Shown here: positions 25,632-38,288 of the stretch, piece after piece
Numbering within the stretch: the stretch's first letter is position 1
Layout: every line of letters starts with the position of its first letter
Program-made: the position numbers and the translations under genes
NCBI RefSeq assembly: GCF_006345805.1
Contig: NC_042997.1
Location: 16,058,001 to 16,122,000 of the forward strand
Source of the DNA: Octopus sinensis
Taxonomy: Eukaryota
DNA: 64,000 bases
Direction: 5' to 3'
Notes under the pieces: model-generated
What the model saw: the letters and a program-made list of their open reading frames with translations, nothing else
What the model was told of the DNA's origin: nothing
Databases searched by the model: none

Positions 25632-26040
25632 TTATTTCTTTATTGCCCACAAGGGGCTAAATATAAAGGGGAAAAACAAAGGGATTAAGTCGATTACATC
25701 GACCTCAGTGCGTAAATGGTACTCAATTTATCTACCCCGAAAGGATGAAAGGCAAATTCGACCTCGGCGGAATTTGAAATCAGAACGTAGCGGCAGGTGA
25801 AATACCTATTTCTTTACTACCCACAAGGGGCTAAACACAGAGAGGACACACAAGGACAGACAAACGGGTTAAGTCGATTATATCGACCCCAGTGCGTAAC
25901 TGGTACTTACTTTATCGACCCCGAACGGATGAAAGGCAAAGTCGACCTCGGCGGAATTTGAAATCAGAACGTAGCGGCAGACGAAATACCGCTAAGCATT
26001 TCGCCCGGCGTGCTAACATTTCTGCCAGCTCGCCGCCTTA
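25632..26040 (-). mobile_element. SINE family B dimer
   Basis: Full head at the 26040 end; internal junction at about 25800 equivalent to the junction of the 6.9-8.0 kb array. Confidence 0.88.
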
Positions 26041-26170
26041 TTCCTTTCTGTTGAAGAGCGTACGCTCGAAACGTATAAGACTTTCTCACTTTTCCGAGCG
26101 TCAAACTAATACACCTGCTTGTTGTTCATACAACTGTCTTGTTTTTTGTTTTTCTGTAAATTGAACTATA
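26041..26170 (+). mobile_element. H1-type PLE end with A6U HHR-like motif (26043-26080), ending in (TA)n
   Basis: CCUUU-CUGUUGA-A-GAGC(GUAC)GCUC-GAAAC-GUA-UAAGA. Confidence 0.7.
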
Positions 26171-26177
26171 TATAATA

Positions 26178-26217
<40 letters not shown>

Positions 26218-27779
26218 ATATAGATATATATATATATAATATATAAATTAATATAAATTACAAAATGGAACAAGAACGCAAAAAAACACACAAAGAGACG
26301 ACACAAAAAATCTTCAGTCGGGAACCGGATCATCTTAGCAATTTCGGCTGATTAATCCTGATATCGCTCCGATACGGCCAGCCCCAAAGAAAAACTAAGC
26401 TACGAGCATTAGATTTCTTGGAAAAAGGATCGAATGTATACGAAACAAGGACAGAATGCCACAAAAATATAAATACAAGAAACAAAAAATAGAAATAAAA
26501 AACAAGAATAGTAATAACAGGACAAAACAGCGGGTGTCTTACGACTTCAGACAATTTTTAACTTATCTTGGCTGGCGTATTTTGAAAAAATGCCTTTGCG
26601 GCAATATATACACACACACACACACAGGATGGGGTGAGTGAGAGAGAGGATGTGAGAGCGCGGTAGTAACGTAGATAAACTGTCTTGGGATATACATTTT
26701 GTATGGAGCACAAAATATTGTATATAAAATAAAGGAAACCTTATGAACTGTCTAATCTCAACAGTTGTTTCATGATGGTCTTAACTTACGTCATAACGAT
26801 AATCATAAGCAATATGTACATGTCATAGGTGTTCGACCAGCGACTAGTTCAGATGAAATTGTTTCAGTAAGTTAGGCTTCTTATATACATACATACATAT
26901 ACACATAGTTAATCCAAACATGAACAAACAAGGAAAAAACAACAAAAAACAACAACGCAAAGACGTGGAATAAGTACAGTGTTATTGGACGCTCAGCTGT
27001 TTTTGAAAATTACTTAATACAGTTTTGAAATATAAAGGAGATGTTTTTAGTAAATAACTGTTTGAAAAAGTTATAAAATCTTTTATTAGAACGTCACTTT
27101 CGTCTTTGGAAGAAGTTTCTTTCGTGGTGTATGTGAGCGCTTTCGATTAATCTTTTCAAACACATGTGCTCTCTCACACACACACACACATTCAAATATA
27201 TATATGGTCAAAATATATAGGGACAAACTTCACTTAGAGTTGAAATATGTCACGATAAAAATATCACCCAACCAAGTAACATTTGTTGAATGCAAAGAGT
27301 GAGTTGACGATTGTAAGTTTATTCCAGAAAGAGTTGAGTGTAATATTATTCGCTAATACAGGCGTGAAACTTTTATTCTAAAAATGTTATTGCAAGTGAA
27401 ATATTTCAAATAATTGTTATTTCTATTTTAGAACTCCTACAATATGATAGATAATAGCTGAGTAGTATTAATAAGATGCCCACTTGGTTGATGTTGATAG
27501 AGATGAAAGAAATCAGGGTTGCATATTTAAAGCAGAGTCATTTTTCTTAATTTTTCGGAAATGATCACTTTTCTATTATATCCTCTCAGCCACAACAAAG
27601 TAGCGTCTTGGAAATACTTTAGAAGGCAAAATAATAAATGAAAAGCGTCAATAATTAAAAGCAAAGATCATTAATCAAACGAAGATCATCGGTTGTCTAG
27701 TGATGCTTATCACGTGCAAACAAACAAACAAACAAATAGCTAACCACTTTCTTCACCAACAAAAAAGTGATGTGTATAA

Positions 27780-28010
27780 TAGAAGGCAGATATGATAACG
27801 AGACAGATTGATATATAGACAAATAGACTTAAACATTATCTAGCAGGCGAGTATCCATCACTACGGATGACTACAAAAAGGTCGAAACCGTACGGTCAGG
27901 CAGTCTCGCGATTAGAAGATGATAGGGGTTCACTCCCCTGCCTGCAATATATATCGGGTGCAGATTGCATCGAATAACCACCTGAAGAAGGCGATGTTTA
28001 GAAGCGATGT
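27780..28010 (+). mobile_element. Dispersed repeat with non-canonical HHR-like motif (family V)
   Basis: Homologous to 40205-40420 on the opposite strand; gatgactacaaaaaggtcgaaaccgtacggtcag. Confidence 0.6.
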
Positions 28011-28239
28011 TAAGTGCAGAAAAGTTGATGGTTTTAGGTAAAAGAAAATAGCGGAAGAGCAGTTAATTATGATTTTATTCAATATATTCCCCTCTCAGAT
28101 TCACAAGCTTACTGCAGCGGTTCTTCAGTTTTTCGAAGCCCTTAAAAAGAACTGGGAAGGTTAGGCTTCCAATCAGGCCTTTTCGCAATACCCTTAAAGC
28201 CAGGAACTTTTCAGCAACCCCTCATATATATATATAGTT

Positions 28240-28945
28240 CAAATTTACAGAAAACAAAGGACGAAGATAGGTGTAGGAACAACAAGCAGCTGTATTAGTT
28301 TAACGCTCGGGAAAAATGGAAAGGTTTTTTTTTTTTACGTTTCGAGCCTACGCTCTTCGACAGAAAGGATTAAGAGATAAAAATAGAGGGAGAATGAAAA
28401 TGTAGCGAATGACCGGTAGAGCGGAAGTGACACGAAACTGGGGTCTCATTGCCGAATTTGATGTCTCGGAGGTGATCCGCGAACCGGTCAGCCAAGCAGC
28501 GTCCCGTTTAACCAATATACGGGGAAGGACCGAGAGAGCAGGAGATGCAGTAAATAATATTACTAGAGATGTAGATAAAGGAGTCGGTGATGTGATAGGG
28601 AGTCGGTGATGGTGCCAGTAAGGATGGTGATGTTAGAGAAGTAGGGGCAGTTGTGATAGCGAGGGCGGGAGCAGGGAAGAAGCTAGGCTGGGAGGCAGGG
28701 GTAGGGGAAAAATTGTGGACCAAGGGGTCACGCCGGTTATGGGTTCGTTTGAAGGAGGGAAGGGGTAGGTTAGAGAAGATGTGCGAGGTGAAGGGTCGGA
28801 CTAGAGTCACCGGAAGGCTCGGAGAATGGTGCGTTGGAGGGATAGGGTGGAGGAGTGGTAGATAAGGGGAAACGGGAGACGGGTGGGGTGGGTGCGAGAG
28901 AAACAGCAGAGGTACGGTCCACTGATCAAGTCCGGACAAGTCTAT
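28240..28945 (-). mobile_element. Penelope-like element 3' fragment: GIY-YIG endonuclease remnant plus HHR-bearing end
   Basis: Minus-strand translation PLPSFKRTHNRRDPLVH...SSNIIYCISCSLGPSPYIG*TGRCLADRFADHLRDIKFGNETPVSCHFRSTGH, followed by the A6U HHR motif at 28331-28368. Confidence 0.85.
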
Positions 28946-29243
28946 GTAGCCTTGTCTATGATATCAACGGTCTGATTATTTTTCCGTTGTAATGAAGGAT
29001 TTTACTTATCCATCCCTAAGTACTCAAGTACTTAAAGATGAAGGAAGATATATTCTATGATGGCACTTGTAACAGGAAACAAGTAACCCAGATTTAAAAA
29101 AATACGGTCCCCAAAAATGTCTATATACAATACATTGATGAACTTACAATGCGTTTACTCTCCCTTTACCCATAGCATGATTTGAGCTTATCTATTGGCT
29201 GGTTGATGGGATCCGGTTTATTGATGATAAAAGCCAGAAACTA

Positions 29244-29651
29244 TTACTCTTTACTCTTTTACTTGTTTCAGTCAATTGACTGCGGCCATGCTGGAGTACC
29301 GCCTTTAGTCGAGCAAATCGACCCCGGGACTTATTCTTTGTAAGCCCAGTACTTATTCTATCAGTCTCTTTTGCCGAACCGCTAAGTGACGGGGACGTAA
29401 ACACACCAGCATCAGTTGTCAAGCGATGTTGGGGCGACAAACACAGACACACAAACATACACGCACATATATATATATACATATATACGACGGGCTTCTT
29501 TCAGTTTCCGTCAACCAAATCCACTCACAAGGCATTGGTCAGCCCGAGGCTATAGTAGAAGACACTTGCCCAAGGTGCCACGCAGTGGGACTGAACCCGG
29601 AACCATGTGGTTGATAGGCAAGCTACTTACCACACAGCCACTCCTGCGCCT
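29244..29651 (-). mobile_element. SINE family A, full length
   Basis: Homology to other copies. Confidence 0.92.
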
Positions 29652-29940
29652 TTTGTTAACTAATTGCAAACATTTCCGTTTATTTCAGTTTATAACTCAA
29701 GAGTGGCATTAAAGTATTTTTAAAAAATGAAAACCAGGGGATAGAAATAAATCTAGCATCGATTCAAGTAGTCTTTGAAAGTGGTATTTACTAATTTAAC
29801 AAAAGCATTCGATACTCTGGGCTTGTTCATCTATCTATAGACTGAATCTACTCACAGTATCAAATGCTTTTGCTGCGTAGTTTAGTCATATTTTCTAAAG
29901 CCAATAGAAAAGATGAGTCTTAAGAGATTATGATTGTCAT

Positions 29941-30110
29941 AGGCTCAGGTGTGGCTGTGTGGTAAGAAGTTTGCTTCTCAACGACACGGTTCTGTGTTCA
30001 GTCCCACAGCATGGCACTTTGGGCAAGTGCCTTCTACTATAGCCTCGGGCCGTCCTAATCCTTGTGAGCAGATTTTGGCAGACGGAAACTGAAAGTAGCC
30101 AGTTGTAGAT

Positions 30111-30150
<40 letters not shown>

Positions 30151-30450
30151 TGTGGTGTGTGTGGTGTGTGTGTGCGTGTGTGTGTGTGCGTGTGTGTGTG
30201 TGCGTGTGTGCGTGCGTGTTTGTGTGTGTTTGTGTGTGTTTGTGTGTGTGTGTGCTCCCTCCACCTCTTGGCAACCGATGTTGGTTTGTTTTACGTCCCT
30301 GTAACTAAGCGGTTTCGCAAAAGAAACCAATATAGTAAGCACCAGGCTAAAAAAAATAAAAAAGGGTACTGGGCCGAATGGTTCGGCTAAAATCTATTCA
30401 AGGCGGTACCCCAGCATGGCCTCAGTCTAATGACTGAAATGGTTAAAAGT
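29941..30450 (+). mobile_element. SINE family A with expanded internal (TG)n
   Basis: Homology to other copies; more diverged. Confidence 0.85.
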
Positions 30451-30709
30451 GTAAATTTGCATGAGAAATACACACTGGAATGACGGCAATAGGCCAAAAG
30501 ACATACGGGTCATATTTTTACAGTAAAATACAGGATAATCGAAAGTGATGGTGACCGCAGAATTTATATACAGTCCTGCCAAACTGCAATTCTCTTCAAC
30601 GTCATCATTTTTAGAGTAAAATTGAGAACCACCTTATTCCTGGAGGTCTCTGTTAGACCCATAGAGGCCCTAAGCACTTAAAATATTTCGGTGCCCCCGT
30701 ATATATGTA

Positions 30710-31232
30710 CCGTAAATCCTCGTGTATAATCCGCATTTTTTTCCCAAAATTTAAAGGTCAAAATCCCTAGTGCGTACTATATACAAGGTTAAGAATGAAA
30801 AATATTTTCTAAGCAATGTCCGAGTCTCTATTTGCTGTCCGGCGATGTTTATTCAGACGCATTTTGTGATGTCGGGCGCGAAAATACCTTAAGCTAAGCC
30901 TGAAAGCAATGAAGTCATAAAATAATCATTCATAACTTGCAGTAAGCAACATTTATTAAAATAAAAGTATTCAGAACACAGAATAACATGTAAACAAAAA
31001 CAATTTGCAAACATATTTACATTCCCATGTAACAGTTGAGAACATAACCATTATTGAATTACGCATGCGCGGAAGTGTTTGTTCGACTAGGTGCTGCTGG
31101 CTTAATTACGTGCGACTCAAGTTAGAGAAGGAGTGCGTATTATACACAAGGTTTAGGTTTTTGAAAGGTACAGCCCCCTAAAAATCCCTTGCGTATTATA
31201 CTCAAGGGCGAACTATACTCGAAGATTTACGG
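30710..31232. mobile_element. MITE, Tc1/mariner superfamily (Tc2-like CCGTA ends)
   Basis: TA-ccgtaaatcctcgtgtataatccgc ... gcgaactatactcgaagatttacgg-TA; subterminal tgcgta(c/t)tata repeats. Confidence 0.8.
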
Positions 31233-31455
31233 TAATTCAAAATATAAACAATAATTAACCATAAAATAAATTTTTATTTTTCAAAATGAAGCAGAATTAT
31301 TTTTGTATACTTCCACTTGATTTATAATTGAAAAGTTTGCTCTTATCTTTTTTTTAATTGCAAAGTCTTTGATCAGATCCTCTCCATTACACCATGAACA
31401 CTTTGAAATTATATTTCTGATCATATAAGCCACTTTGAATATTATTTTAGCAAGT

Positions 31456-31836
31456 GGAGGCGCAATGGCCCAGTGGTTAGGGCAGCGGATTCGCGGTCAT
31501 AGGATCGCGGTTTCGATTCCCAGACCGGGCGTTGTGAGTGTTTATTGAGCGAAAACACCTAAAGCTCCACGAGGCTCCGGCAGGGGATGGTGGTGATCCC
31601 TACTGTACTCTTTCACCACAACATTCTCTTACTTCCTGTTTCTGTTGTGCCTGTATTTCAAGGGGCCGGCCTTGTCACTCTCTGTGTCACGCTGAATATT
31701 CCCGAGAACTACGTTAAGGGTACACATGTCTGTGGAGTGCTCAGCCACTTACACGTTAATTTCACGAGCAGGCTGTTCCGTTGATTCGGATCAACCGGAA
31801 CCCTCGTCGTCGTAACCGACGGAGTGCTTCTCTCTC
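31456..31836 (+). mobile_element. SINE family C
   Basis: 13-bp TSD tattttagcaagt at 31443-31455 and 31837-31849. Confidence 0.92.
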
Positions 31837-31989
31837 TATTTTAGCAAGTTTAAAGTGATTTCTTTTTTACTGGAAGCCATTTATTATTTCCGAGATACCC
31901 CACTACCTTCTTTGATACCCTAAGCACATACTTATTTTGCTTAATGGTTAATCCAGCAATTAACAACAAAAATCAACGAGCCACAATCT

Positions 31990-32582
31990 CCGCTGGTTTG
32001 CTTGCTCGTCACAAACAACCACTGGCTACTATGCCGGAAGTATGGATACGAGGTAACGGTCATTTGATACCAACATACACCGAAAAAGGTAATGGACGAA
32101 AAGGGAAAGGCAAAAATCCCCTGGGACTTGGACTTCCAGATAGACAAGGTGTTAGAACACCGAAGGCCGGATATAGTAATCTTTAGGAGGGACAAACAAG
32201 AATGCCTAATAATCGACGTGGCAGTGCCAGGAAATCAGCATACTATCATGAAAGAATGAGAAAAGTTGATAAATACGGGGACCTGAGAATTGAGATTGCT
32301 AAGATGTGGTTGCTACGAGAATCAAACATAAAGGTTGTCCCTATTGACATCGAAGCATTGGGTTCAATACCACATAGCCAGGATGAACATCTGGAAAACT
32401 TTAGAAATACCCTACAATCTCGGCGTATTGCAAAAATCGGCATTACTTGGAACTGCACGCATATTGCGTAATGTACGATCTGTCTGAGGTCCTAGTTGTG
32501 ACTTGACAGACTGTACAAACTCTCGGTAGACACAATATCTTCAATCAACATCACGATATTGGGTACTGTCCGACGTCTTAAA
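31990..32582 (+). mobile_element. R4/Dong-like non-LTR retrotransposon 3' fragment (restriction-like endonuclease)
   Basis: HWLLCRKYG..KIPWDLDFQIDKVLEHRRPDIVI..CLIIDVAVPG..KY.DL.IEIAKMW..VVPI..ALG..LQKSALLGTARILR across frameshifts; followed by (AAT)n(GAT)n. Confidence 0.85.
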
Positions 32583-32590
32583 TAATAATA

Positions 32591-32626
<36 letters not shown>

Positions 32627-33041
32627 CAAACAAAACATCACAAACAAGTCGTACATAAAATAGATGAGTAGGATATTGCAAACATTACAAAGAGTACTTT
32701 TAATACAAAAAATGAAAAGCAAAATCGTACAAAAACTCCACCTACTGAAGACACATAGGGCTACAGACATTTGTACTGTGAAAGCACGTTATGCTAATAG
32801 ATCTATAGGCCTTGTGACGAGCAGAAAGGACTTGGAAGTTTATCATATCTACGTTATTGCCTTTTTCAAATGTGTATAACGGGCAATGCAATAGTCTCTG
32901 TTCCACAAAGGAGACCGCAGCTCATAAGATGTTAGACATTTGTTCCTCGCTTCACATTGACATATGACAAACTGCACTTTGTTATTTTGATAGAATTGAC
33001 TTCTATTCACTATATGTGAGACCAATGGAGGATTTCTCTAA

Positions 33042-33180
33042 TTGATCATAGATCGTTAAAATGTAATGTCAAGTTAAGAAAAACGACTATTTTCGACTCC
33101 TTTTTTTTGCTTTTAATCAAGGTTCTAAGGCTGCAAAAGCTGCTCACGGCATTTGTGCTATTTTAACGATCTATGATCAA
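33042..33180 (+). mobile_element. Mariner transposase N-terminal remnant bracketed by a 21-bp perfect inverted repeat
   Basis: Translation FAFNQGSKAAKAAHGICA; ttgatcatagatcgttaaaat and attttaacgatctatgatcaa. Confidence 0.6.
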
Positions 33181-33204
33181 ATTTGTTCAAGCTACATAGG
33201 TCTT

Positions 33205-33429
33205 TCTCTCTCTTTACTCTCTTTTTACTCTTTTACTTGTTTCAGTCATTTGACTGCGGCCATGCTGGAGCACCGCCTTTTAGTCGATCAAATCGACCCC
33301 GGAACTTATTCTTTGTAAACCCAGTACTTATTCTATCGGTCTCTTTTGCCGAACCGCTAAGTAACGGGGACGTAAACACACCAGCATCGGTTGTCAAGCA
33401 ATGCTAGGGGGACAAACACAGATACACAA

Positions 33430-33464
<35 letters not shown>

Positions 33465-33636
33465 CATATATGCGATAGGCTTCTTTCAGTTTCCGTCTAC
33501 CAAATCCACTCACAAGGCATTGGTCGGCCCGGGGCTATAGCAGAAGACACTTGCCCAAGATGCCACGCAGTGGGACTGAACCCGCAACCATGTGGTTGGT
33601 TAGCAAGCTACTTACCACACAGCCACTCCTGCGCCT
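33205..33636 (-). mobile_element. SINE family A, full length
   Basis: Homology to other copies. Confidence 0.92.
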
Positions 33637-34089
33637 GTTTTTTTTTTTGTTTTTTTTTTTGCTTTTCAAGAATAATGGAAACTGTATTTGTAGAGACAAT
33701 GAGCTTTCAATTATTCCATCAACTGCATGTCCAACACGTTAAATAAACTTCTAATTACGATTAGTAAGTACTCCACGATTATTATATTCTTAAACCTATC
33801 CCCAAACCGAATCAGCATGAGGCAGAACATAACAAGACTGGAACTCCGAATTGCAGGTACAGTCCCTCCGACGAGCTTCCATACAATTTCCGTCAACCTA
33901 ATTTCCTGAAAGGAACAGTGTATCCAGGACCATGTTATCTAATGTGACATCCTTTGTTTCTAAGACAGTAGGGCGTGATTTCTAGTAAATCGAACGATGA
34001 AGAAGTCTCGTTCACTGGCTCCATTTGTCTAACGTAAATGTCATTGGTGGTGACGTGATGGGGGAAAATGGTGAATGTCGAGGTTTGTG

Positions 34090-35140
34090 ATGGTGGTGGT
34101 GGTGGTGGTGGTAGTAGCGGCTGCGGTGACGATGGTGATGGTGGTGATGGGGTGATGGCGGAGTGGGTGCTAGGGTGGATGAAGGTGGTTGCGAGGACGG
34201 TGGTGGTAGGGTGTTGGTGTTGGTGGTGGTGGTGGTAGTAGCGGCTGCGGTGGTGACGATGGTGATGGTGGTGATGGGGTGATGGCGGGCGGAGGGGTGT
34301 GCTAGGGTGATGAAGGTGGTTGCGAGGACGGTGGTGGTAGGGTGTTGGTGTTGGTGGTGGTGGTGGTAGTAGGGCTGCGGTGACGATGATGGTGATGGTG
34401 GTGTGGGGTGATGGCGGAGTGGGTGCTAGGGTGGATAGGTGGTGAGAGGACGTGGTGGTAGGGTGTTGGTGTTGGTGGTGGTGGTGGTAGTAGCGGCTGC
34501 GGTGACGATGGTGATGGTGGTGATGGGGTGATGGCGGAGTGGGTGCTAGGGTGGATGAAGGTGGTTGCGAGGACGGTGGTGGTAGGGTGTTGGTGTTGGT
34601 GGTGGTGGTGGTAGTAGCGGCTGCGGTGACGATGGTGATGGTGGTGATGGGGTGATGGCGGAGTGGGTGCTAGGGTGGATGAAGGTGGTTGCGAGGACGG
34701 TGGTGGTAGGGTGTTGGTGTTGGTGGTGGTGGTGGTAGTAGCGGCTGCGGTGACGATGGTGATGGTGGTGATGGGGTGATGGCGGAGTGGGTGCTAGGGT
34801 GGATGAAGGTGGTTGCGAGGACGGTGGTGGTAGGGTGTTGGTTGTTTGGTGGTGGTGGTGGTAGTAGCGGCTGCGGTGACGATGGTGATGGTGGTGGTGG
34901 GTGTGATGGCGGAGTGGGTGCTAGGGTGGATGAAGGTGTTGCGAGGACGGTGGTGGTAGGGTGTTGGTGTTGGTGGTGTGTGGTGGTGGTGGTGGTGAGC
35001 GGCTGCGGTGACGATGGTGATGGTGGTGATGGGGTGATGCGGAGTGGGTGCTAGGGTGGATGAAGGTGGTTGCGAGGACGGTGGTGGTAGGGTGTTGGTG
35101 TTGGTGGTGGTGGTGGTGGTGGTGGTGGTGGTGGTGGTGG
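34090..35140. repeat. G-rich minisatellite, about 8 units of ~124 bp
   Basis: The gcggctgcggtgacgatggtgatgg motif recurs with a period of about 124 bp. Confidence 0.9.
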
Positions 35141-35249
35141 TGTCTCTAGTAATATGTTGTTGACATTGGTAGTATGCGAAAGGAGTAGGTTGGGTGGGGA
35201 TGAGGGTGGTGGGGAGATATTACTGACGGCTGGATTGATGACTGGTGAT

Positions 35250-35305
35250 AATGGTGGTAAATAACTGTGACGGAAGTGATGAGGTGAACGCTGAGGCTTA
35301 TGATA

Positions 35306-35344
<39 letters not shown>

Positions 35345-36790
35345 CTGCTACTACTGTAGCTGCGATTGCTACAACTGCTGCTAATGATGATGTGATGAGG
35401 ATGATAATGATGATGATGAAGATGATGAAGATTTTGTGTCAGCACTGATGCGGGTGAGTGAGAGAGTTGATTGGATGATGATAATGGTTCTGATGGCAAT
35501 GAGTGATTATGACTGTGATGCTGACAGCAGTAACAATACTAATAGTAGTTGCAGTGGTGGTGGTGGTGATGGTGGTGGTGGTGGCGGTGGTGGTGGTGAT
35601 GGTGGTGGTGGTGGTGGTGGTGGTAGGTGGTGGTGGTGGTGGTGGTGGTGGTGGTGGTGGTGGTGGTGTGTGTGGTATGGTGGTGGTGGTGGTGGTGGTG
35701 GTGGTGGTGGTGGTGGTGTTGGTGGTGGTGGTGATAAAGGTGGTTGTGATAATGGTGGTAGCAGTAGTGCTGGTAGTGGTGATAATAATGGTTGTGGTGG
35801 TGTTAATGATAGTGGTGGCGGTGGTGGTGATGGTGATGATGGTGGTGGTGGTGGTGGTGGTGACAGTGATGCTGGTGGTGGTAGTGGTGGTGGTAGCACG
35901 GCGGCGGCGGTGGGGGGGAGTTGTGATGGTGTTAGTGCGTGGAGAGTCAGGGGCGGGATGTTACAAAGGAGGGTAAAGAAAATGGCAGATGATTGTGTGG
36001 GCGGTGAAGGTTACATGAAGAATGATGAGCAACGATAATGGTGATGGTGGTGGTGGTAGTGATGATGATAATAGTAGTAACGGCGGAGGTGGTGATGGTG
36101 GTGGTGGTGGTGGTGGTGTTGAGGATAATGAATATGGCGATGATGCTTGTTATGGTGATGATGGATATGATGGGAGCGGTGGTAAATACGATAGTGATGT
36201 AATGATGATGGTGGTGGTGGTGGTGGTGGTGGTGGTGGTGGTGGTGATAGGAGTAAGGATAGTACGAGAGTTGAGGGATGGGAAGATCCAGACAGTTATC
36301 AGTGTTCAAGTCGAAGATGAGAAGCTGGTGGAAGCATAAATGATGATTATGACGGTGGTCATGGTGGGAACAAACTGTTTTGATGATGATGATGCTGCTT
36401 CTGTTGTTGCTGTTGTTGTTAAAGATGATGCTGAGGAGGAGAGGAGGAGGAGGAGGAGGAGGAACAGAAGAAGAAGAAGAAGAAGAAGAAGAAGGAGAAG
36501 GAGAAGAAGAAATCAAAGGGGCGAAAGAGAAGTCGTAAGAGGGGGGGACAGAACAGGAGGAAGATCTGGATTCAGGGGAGGCAAAAAAAGGAGGAAGAGA
36601 AGTGGTGAGAGGAAGCAGAAGAGGAGAAAAGGGAGGAGGACAGTTATGCTGGTGATGATGTTGATGACGGTGATGACAGCAACGCTGGTACTTATGTGAT
36701 GATGACTATGTTAGTTATGATGATGGCGGCGATAATGATGAGGACGACAGCAAAGCTGGTGCTAATGAAGATGACGACAATAATGATGCT
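35250..36790. repeat. Trinucleotide low-complexity tract (GGT, GAT, GCT, AGA)
   Basis: Direct reading. Confidence 0.9.
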
Positions 36791-37169
36791 GATTGTAAGA
36801 AAGCCTTTTCGTATTAAACACCTGCAGCAGTTAACATTGGCTTATCATTGGCCTATTTGAGTTATTTCCCTTCGTCGTCGCTTGGCGTGCTAGAGCTGAC
36901 AGCCGAACATTTCGAAAACACTACTCAAACATATTTAAAAAATGAAAGCTACATTCAACACTGTAGTCCTAAATGTATATAAAAAGACGGAGCGCATTTG
37001 ACCATTGGACTTTTCAATGAGGGTCTGACCTGGGGGCTGCCGACCACATGGTTCTGGGTTCAGTGTGACGCCATGGAAAGTGTATTCTGCTATAGGCTCG
37101 GACCGACAAAAGCCTTGTGAGTGGATTTGGTAGACGGAAACTGAAAGAAGCCTATCGCATAGATTTTTT

Positions 37170-37800
37170 TGCCGATGCAAGTGCTACGTGTTGAATGCTC
37201 CACATACCGGATGCTAGCAGGCTTATGGAGTCATTATGGGACAACGTGCGCTGTTTCGGGGCCTTTCTTTCGACAGCATTATTGCACACTGCCCCCACGT
37301 CACTGACATAAGACCCTGCTTGTTAGATCAACTGGTCACTAGGTTTTGCTCAATATTTTTCTAGCCATTGCGCATCCTGTCTTTTTAACCAAATCTAGTG
37401 GCTTGCCTTCTCCACTGTCACTTATGATGGCATTTGCTTTACGATGAGTTAGACTTAGCAACAACATCCATCGCCTCACATTGCATTCAATGAGACTTTT
37501 ACATCCAGCTTCGATTGGATTATGCTCTGCTTTCCACCCAGCGTTTTCACATTCCTCCAGGAGGTATTTATAACAGTGGATCTTTCGAGCCCAGAGCGCG
37601 GGGGCGTCCATGTTTTCTTCCTGACAAACCGTTAACTCGACCAGACATACTACTTTCTTTTTCGCACACCATATGATAATATCTGGTCGCTTCTTAACTA
37701 GAACAGTGAAAAATCTCTGACACCCTGGTAAATCTGAAGCCAGCACCCAATAGCCGTTCCACTTTGTCTCGTTCATAGGAAATTTCTTCTTCAAATGGGT
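37170..37800 (-). mobile_element. HERO/NeSL-like non-LTR retrotransposon 3' fragment (restriction-like endonuclease)
   Basis: KKRPDIIIWCAKKKVVCLVELTVCQEEN..Y..L..C.NAGWK..PIEAGCK, and after a frameshift a ..ASHWIWLKR-like end. Confidence 0.75.
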
Positions 37801-38088
37801 TTGCTGTTCTGGACGAACGAACGAACGTAATGAAATCTCTGGCTGGTTGCTTCTATAGTTTTTTGGGGTTTTTTTCGTTTTTGTATTTGCCACTGTTGAT
37901 AAGAGTAATTTAGTTCTTTGTAGCATTGAATGAGGACCTTAAGGACCAGATTGTGTCTCCATCTATATCTGTCTAATGCCAGAGAACAGTTGGAAAGAAT
38001 ATGTTTCTGTGTTCATCTACACTCTCTGATACGTTCCATCTCACTAGGTTTGCAGGCGACTGCATGGCATCGTAGGATGAAAGAATGC

Positions 38089-38143
<55 letters not shown>

Positions 38144-38178
38144 CAGAGAGAGAGAAGATAGATACATACACACACATA

Positions 38179-38217
<39 letters not shown>

Positions 38218-38218
38218 C

Positions 38219-38253
<35 letters not shown>

Positions 38254-38288
38254 ACTTACTTATATATATGTATGTAAATATCATGTAT

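Noticed and set aside
35436-36038. Gly-rich 200-aa ORF as a structural protein
   Set aside because: Embedded in (GGT)n slippage repeats, with equally long ORFs in other frames and no splice or codon evidence.
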